Program-made: the position numbers and the translations under genes
Shown: piece after piece, positions 28,366 to 32,000 of the stretch
Layout of the letters: every line of letters begins with the position of its first letter
How positions within the stretch are numbered: the first letter of the stretch is position 1
IMG/VR virus record: IMGVR_UViG_3300045988_183024
Span: 77,957 to 109,956 of that record
Direction: 5' to 3' (one strand)
Length of the DNA stretch: 32,000 bases
Source of the DNA: a virus
The notes under the pieces: model-generated
The model's database searches: none
What the model was told of the DNA's origin: nothing
What the model saw: only the letters and a program-made list of their open reading frames with translations

Positions 28366-29097
28366 ATGGCGAACAAAGCAACCAGTACCACTTGTACTTG
28401 TCATTCATGCGACAATCCGTACTTTGTACGGGCACAAATCATCGCAAAAAGTGCCGGTAGTCCCGCGTATCGGTTCGGCATCGATGAAAGCGTAAGTCTC
28501 CCGGTGAACCAGCATGGCTTTGTCAGAGACATACTTGACGGCGGAAAGATTTATGTCGTGCAAATGTTCGAATCTACCGAATACCGCTGCTATGCATGGC
28601 TTGATATGAGACCGGAATACGAATACAAAGACATCGGTTCCGTTTACAGAAAGCCGAATCCTTACAAGCCGCTTCCGGTCAGCAACTACAATCACACGGT
28701 TCGATTTTTGCTGGGTTTCCTGTACTTCTATAATGTTGATTTGACGCCCGGCTATCAGAGCCGTTACGCCTGGAATGAGGCTCGAAAGGTCGCATATCTA
28801 GCCGATATTTTCGCAGGAAAAGATGCCGGAGAAATCGTGTTTCAGGAAATTCCGTCGTCTGACCCGATGCCAAAGTATCAACTCATCAAAGGAGAGCAGG
28901 AAGCCATCACCCTTCGAGAGTTTTACGAGAATCGGCTTTTGTACAAAAAAGCATGCTACAACGACATTCGTGCAGATGATATTTTCTGGTTCAGACATAC
29001 CATGCTGCGAATGATTGTTTACAACGCAAAACACGAACCTTCCACCGAGCACGAAGACACTGCGATTATCGGCAGAATTCTTTTCGGAAGATACTAA
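28366..29097 (+). CDS. Degenerate DUF262-like protein, family D
   Basis: LTPGYQSRYAWNEARKVAYLADIFAGKDAGEIVFQEIP...YQLIKGEQEAITLREFYENR aligns with 15802-16608, but DGKQR is changed to KGEQE. Confidence 0.7.
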   Translation: MANKATSTTCTCHSCDNPYFVRAQIIAKSAGSPAYRFGIDESVSLPVNQHGFVRDILDGGKIYVVQMFESTEYRCYAWLDMRPEYEYKDIGSVYRKPNPYKPLPVSNYNHTVRFLLGFLYFYNVDLTPGYQSRYAWNEARKVAYLADIFAGKDAGEIVFQEIPSSDPMPKYQLIKGEQEAITLREFYENRLLYKKACYNDIRADDIFWFRHTMLRMIVYNAKHEPSTEHEDTAIIGRILFGRY

Positions 29098-29114
29098 CAA
29101 AAAAGGAGAATATC

Positions 29115-30431
29115 ATGAAAATCAAAAAAATCAACACAGGCATCCTTATCACCAAAACCGCGAAGCAGCCGAGCGCGAAAATCGAGTTTTCTCTGGATGA
29201 GCTTGATTCGCTTTCGGAGTTCTGCGAGCGATTGCAAGACGAAAAGGATATCAGAGAATATCTCACCACTGCGGTGACAATTCCGGATTCTGCTGAGGTA
29301 TCGGCTCCCATTGCCGCCAAGTATCTTCGCGATGCAGCCCTCTTTGAGCAGCTCGTGGATGAAACACGACGGAATCAGGAAGAGAACCAGAGCAATTTCC
29401 TCACTGCCGTCAGCGATGCAGTTTCTTCCATCGAGAAAAGCCGCGATGTCAAAGAATGGCATGGTTTGACGAAGGAGACTGCGGAGCGTTTCGCCCGTGA
29501 ATTCATGGCAGAACGGAATCCCGGTCATTGGTCGGGGTTTGGTGAGGTCCCTGAAAGTGTCAGCCTTGACCCCCTCAATTTTCCCATCAATGACATTTAT
29601 CCCAAAGGCAACAAACCCGCCCTTCGTATGCAGCTTATCAGTGTAACCTATCCCAGCCTTCACAGAGTTTGTGAGTGCAGCATTATCGAGGATGGTGTTG
29701 ACTTGTGGGCTCGCCATCGCCGTACGCTGGATTCTATGACTGCCGGAACTGTCGAGAATTTGGTCGAGACCATTCTGTATGTGGCACGCATGTACGAGAG
29801 AGGTAAGTGCTTTGAACGCATCTATGTGAACCGCATCCAGATGGAGAAATCGGTATACGATACTCTTATCCGCCATCTCAACGACCCTGACAGCATCAAC
29901 GACGAGTATCGAATCAGTGATGTCGCATTTGCCGCAGACAACACCATTGTTTCCGTCCTTTGGGAAGGAAACAGCAAAGATGGTGTTTCCGGTATGGTAA
30001 CGCTTACCGTGAACGGTAAAACGGTATATGCAACAAAGAGTACCAAGGTATTCTGCAACCATTGGATTCTTCCATACAACGGTGCCGAATACCATGTTCT
30101 TGTCGATGTACTTCCAAAGAAAACCGTTCTGGAAGAAGCTGTGTATATCAGCGAGCCGTATGCTGAGTGCATTGAGAAGTACCTTCGCGGCGAGGAAGTC
30201 CAAGGTTTTGGCTCTTCACTGAGCGAGACTGCGAAATTTTCTGACGGGTATTCGATGGATATCCGTTGCTGTGGCGATGAGGATACTTCATGGGCCGAGG
30301 CTATCCTGTACGACAATACCGGTGTGCAGGTCGCTATCACCGAAACCTACGAAACCTTCATTGGTTATTGGGAGTTGGATGATGAGACCACCGGCAAGAC
30401 ATATCGTGTCAATGTTGTGACAGTTAAGTGA
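29115..30431 (+). CDS. Hypothetical protein, family C (extended paralog of 16605-17285)
   Basis: RNPGHWSGFGEVPESVSLDPLN and FSDGYSMDIRCCGDEDTSWAEAILYDN match the shorter paralog. Confidence 0.75.
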   Translation: MKIKKINTGILITKTAKQPSAKIEFSLDELDSLSEFCERLQDEKDIREYLTTAVTIPDSAEVSAPIAAKYLRDAALFEQLVDETRRNQEENQSNFLTAVSDAVSSIEKSRDVKEWHGLTKETAERFAREFMAERNPGHWSGFGEVPESVSLDPLNFPINDIYPKGNKPALRMQLISVTYPSLHRVCECSIIEDGVDLWARHRRTLDSMTAGTVENLVETILYVARMYERGKCFERIYVNRIQMEKSVYDTLIRHLNDPDSINDEYRISDVAFAADNTIVSVLWEGNSKDGVSGMVTLTVNGKTVYATKSTKVFCNHWILPYNGAEYHVLVDVLPKKTVLEEAVYISEPYAECIEKYLRGEEVQGFGSSLSETAKFSDGYSMDIRCCGDEDTSWAEAILYDNTGVQVAITETYETFIGYWELDDETTGKTYRVNVVTVK

Positions 30432-30537
30432 GGACTGCATATAAATACGATGAGCCGTGACAATTTGTACGGTACGCAGGATTTGAAGAAAAAGTTTTCA
30501 AACTAAACACCTACAAAAACAAAGGAGAATTTGAAAA

Positions 30538-30870
30538 GTGAAATATCATAGCAATGAATATACCATTGTGACAGAACCACCTCTAGGGTATGAAATTTGG
30601 AACATTAAAGATGCTCCAAATGGATGTCTACCGTTTTGCAGATTGAAAATGATGCAGCCTTTTGGCGGAGCAAGGGAAATCGAACCCGATACTTTGAAGG
30701 CAATGAAGTGTGATGGCGCACAAGTGATTTTGGATGCTATCGGTTTCGGCCCTCAGACTTCGGATGCAATGCAGAAATATATTGCAAATAACGGGAAGAA
30801 AGAAAACGAAAAGTGGATTTGCGAACGTATGAAAAAAGCTATCCCTTTTATGAAGAAAATTGGTCTTTAA
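30538..30870 (+). CDS. Hypothetical protein
   Basis: RBS aaaggag; 110 aa ORF. Confidence 0.65.
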   Translation: MKYHSNEYTIVTEPPLGYEIWNIKDAPNGCLPFCRLKMMQPFGGAREIEPDTLKAMKCDGAQVILDAIGFGPQTSDAMQKYIANNGKKENEKWICERMKKAIPFMKKIGL

Positions 30871-31053
30871 GAAGCTTGTCAAACGCGACAGCAAAGGTCG
30901 TATCGACTATTCGTACAGCGATGGGTTTGACGGTTTTCGATATGGTCAGGAGCTTCTGTGATTCTGCGATATCGAGACTGCCGCTCAGCGCCTAGGCATC
31001 TGACGCCTATACCACAAACCTGAAACCATTCAAATAAAAAGGAGTGCCATACC

Positions 31054-31713
31054 ATGAGTTACGGTTTTGACATGGGCTTTGCGCAGGCGAACAGTTTGCA
31101 GGAAGCCATGACGATTGCGCTGGAATACACGCAATCGCAAATGACCGAAAAAAATATCAGGAAAGCCATCAGGGATAATCGGTATTATATTCCCTCGGTT
31201 CGTACCGGATACATTGCGGATGAGGAGAGCAAAAACCGCAGAGCCGATGTACTTGCGGATACCGCTGACCGGTATTGGCTTGAGGCATTGTTTACCTTCC
31301 GTTTTCTGTATTGGGAAGAGCACAAGCTGCTCGGTATCATCATGATGCCGCCAGAAAGCGCAAGCGAGAAATGGCCGCTGAGTGTATATTTTCAGAACTC
31401 CTGCGACCAAGATTATCCTCTTTCTGACTGGAAAGAAGGGGACATCCCGTTTTTTGTAAATGCCGCTGCAAAAGCTGAAAACTATACGGCAGAAGAAATC
31501 CGTGCAAAGGTTGACTACGAAATCGAAGCTGATGACATCGAATATTTTCGGCGTAGCACCTGCTATGATGATATTTTCGAGACCCTCGCCTTCGATTCGT
31601 GGCTTTATAACCATGATACGGATGTGCCGTTTGTGACTTTTGCTTTACAGGGAATCCAGAATGAGGCAGAGCGATACCAATATCTGCAATGGCTGAAAGC
31701 CGAAATCCAATAG
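31054..31713 (+). CDS. Hypothetical protein
   Basis: RBS aaaaggag; 219 aa ORF. The only called intact gene here whose stop is TAG. Confidence 0.75.
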   Translation: MSYGFDMGFAQANSLQEAMTIALEYTQSQMTEKNIRKAIRDNRYYIPSVRTGYIADEESKNRRADVLADTADRYWLEALFTFRFLYWEEHKLLGIIMMPPESASEKWPLSVYFQNSCDQDYPLSDWKEGDIPFFVNAAAKAENYTAEEIRAKVDYEIEADDIEYFRRSTCYDDIFETLAFDSWLYNHDTDVPFVTFALQGIQNEAERYQYLQWLKAEIQ

Positions 31714-31720
31714 CTGGTAC

Positions 31721-31850
31721 TTGCCCCAGTGTGCGAACCGCACAAAACAGTAACTGTACGATAGATACTATCTAAAGCACAATTCGTGTTCGTACAATTC
31801 ACAATCTGCAAATAGGCGGACTTCCCAAATTCCGGGAGGCCCGCTATTTG
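31721..31850 (+). promoter_or_regulatory. Promoter-leader-terminator cassette with a weak -10
   Basis: TTGCCC-cagtgTGCGAaccgca-CAAAAC; GTACGATAGATACTATCTA...TTCGTACAATTCAC; terminator AAATAGGCGGACTTCCCAAATTCCGGGAGGCCCGCTATTTG. Confidence 0.8.
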
Positions 31851-31872
31851 TTTTACTATGAAAGGAGTTTTT

Positions 31873-32000
31873 ATGAGCAACCCAAAAAGACCAGTTTCTA
31901 CGGTCGAAGAGTTTATCAAGGTTTTCCATGAGATGAGCGCCCGATACGGTCGCAGCGAACTCTGGTATGACTACATCGATATGCACGCCATTGCACTTGC
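31873..32000 (+). CDS. Hypothetical protein, 3' end outside window
   Basis: RBS gaaaggag then MSNPKRPVSTVEEFIKVFHEMSARYGRSELWYDYIDMHAIAL... Confidence 0.6.
   Translation, partial: MSNPKRPVSTVEEFIKVFHEMSARYGRSELWYDYIDMHAIAL

Noticed and set aside
31711-31875. Readthrough of the TAG at 31711 into the gene at 31873, which is in frame with only TAG codons between
   Set aside because: The intervening sequence is a clear promoter/leader/terminator copy, so the shared frame is probably coincidence.

Overview
All credible genes in this 32 kb window are on the + strand. It looks like the accessory region of a Firmicutes/Oscillospiraceae-type mobile element, phage or plasmid; the host assignment is inference. 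Identifiable genes are NAD-dependent DNA ligase (ligA, 3196-5256), a stand-alone GHKL ATPase (7291-8871), a lipoprotein (9740-10954), an HSL-type alpha/beta hydrolase (11824-12708), a DUF262-like protein (15802-16608) with a degenerate paralog (28366-29097), a 5'-nucleotidase/HAD-like protein (21156-21692), a DUF4314-like protein (21719-21934), and an IscB RNA-guided nuclease (23591-24961) with a HEARO/omegaRNA-like structured region directly upstream. Most other genes are small orphans.

The strongest unexplained signal is a dispersed, non-coding regulatory cassette of about 120-135 bp. It occurs 12 times: 1700, 10972, 14210, 15342, 17289, 18472, 20214, 21944, 25487, 26606, 28206 and 31721. 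Each copy is a promoter TTGnnn-N5-TGCGA-N6-TAnnnT with a 16-bp spacer, then a leader starting near +1 with (AUU)GUACGAUAGAUA that is closed by a distal UCGUAC(AAU) strand, then an intrinsic terminator, and then the RBS/start codon of a gene. Four more sites carry the same promoter without the full leader: 5551, 6487, 9444 and 22996. The terminator between promoter and gene suggests an attenuation or antitermination regulon controlling a shuffled set of gene cassettes.

Other notable signals are duplicated gene pairs (DUF262-like plus partner; family A plus family B, one B copy decayed), two genes interrupted only by in-frame TAG codons, and IS200/IS605-like end hairpins around iscB with a solitary copy next to ligA.
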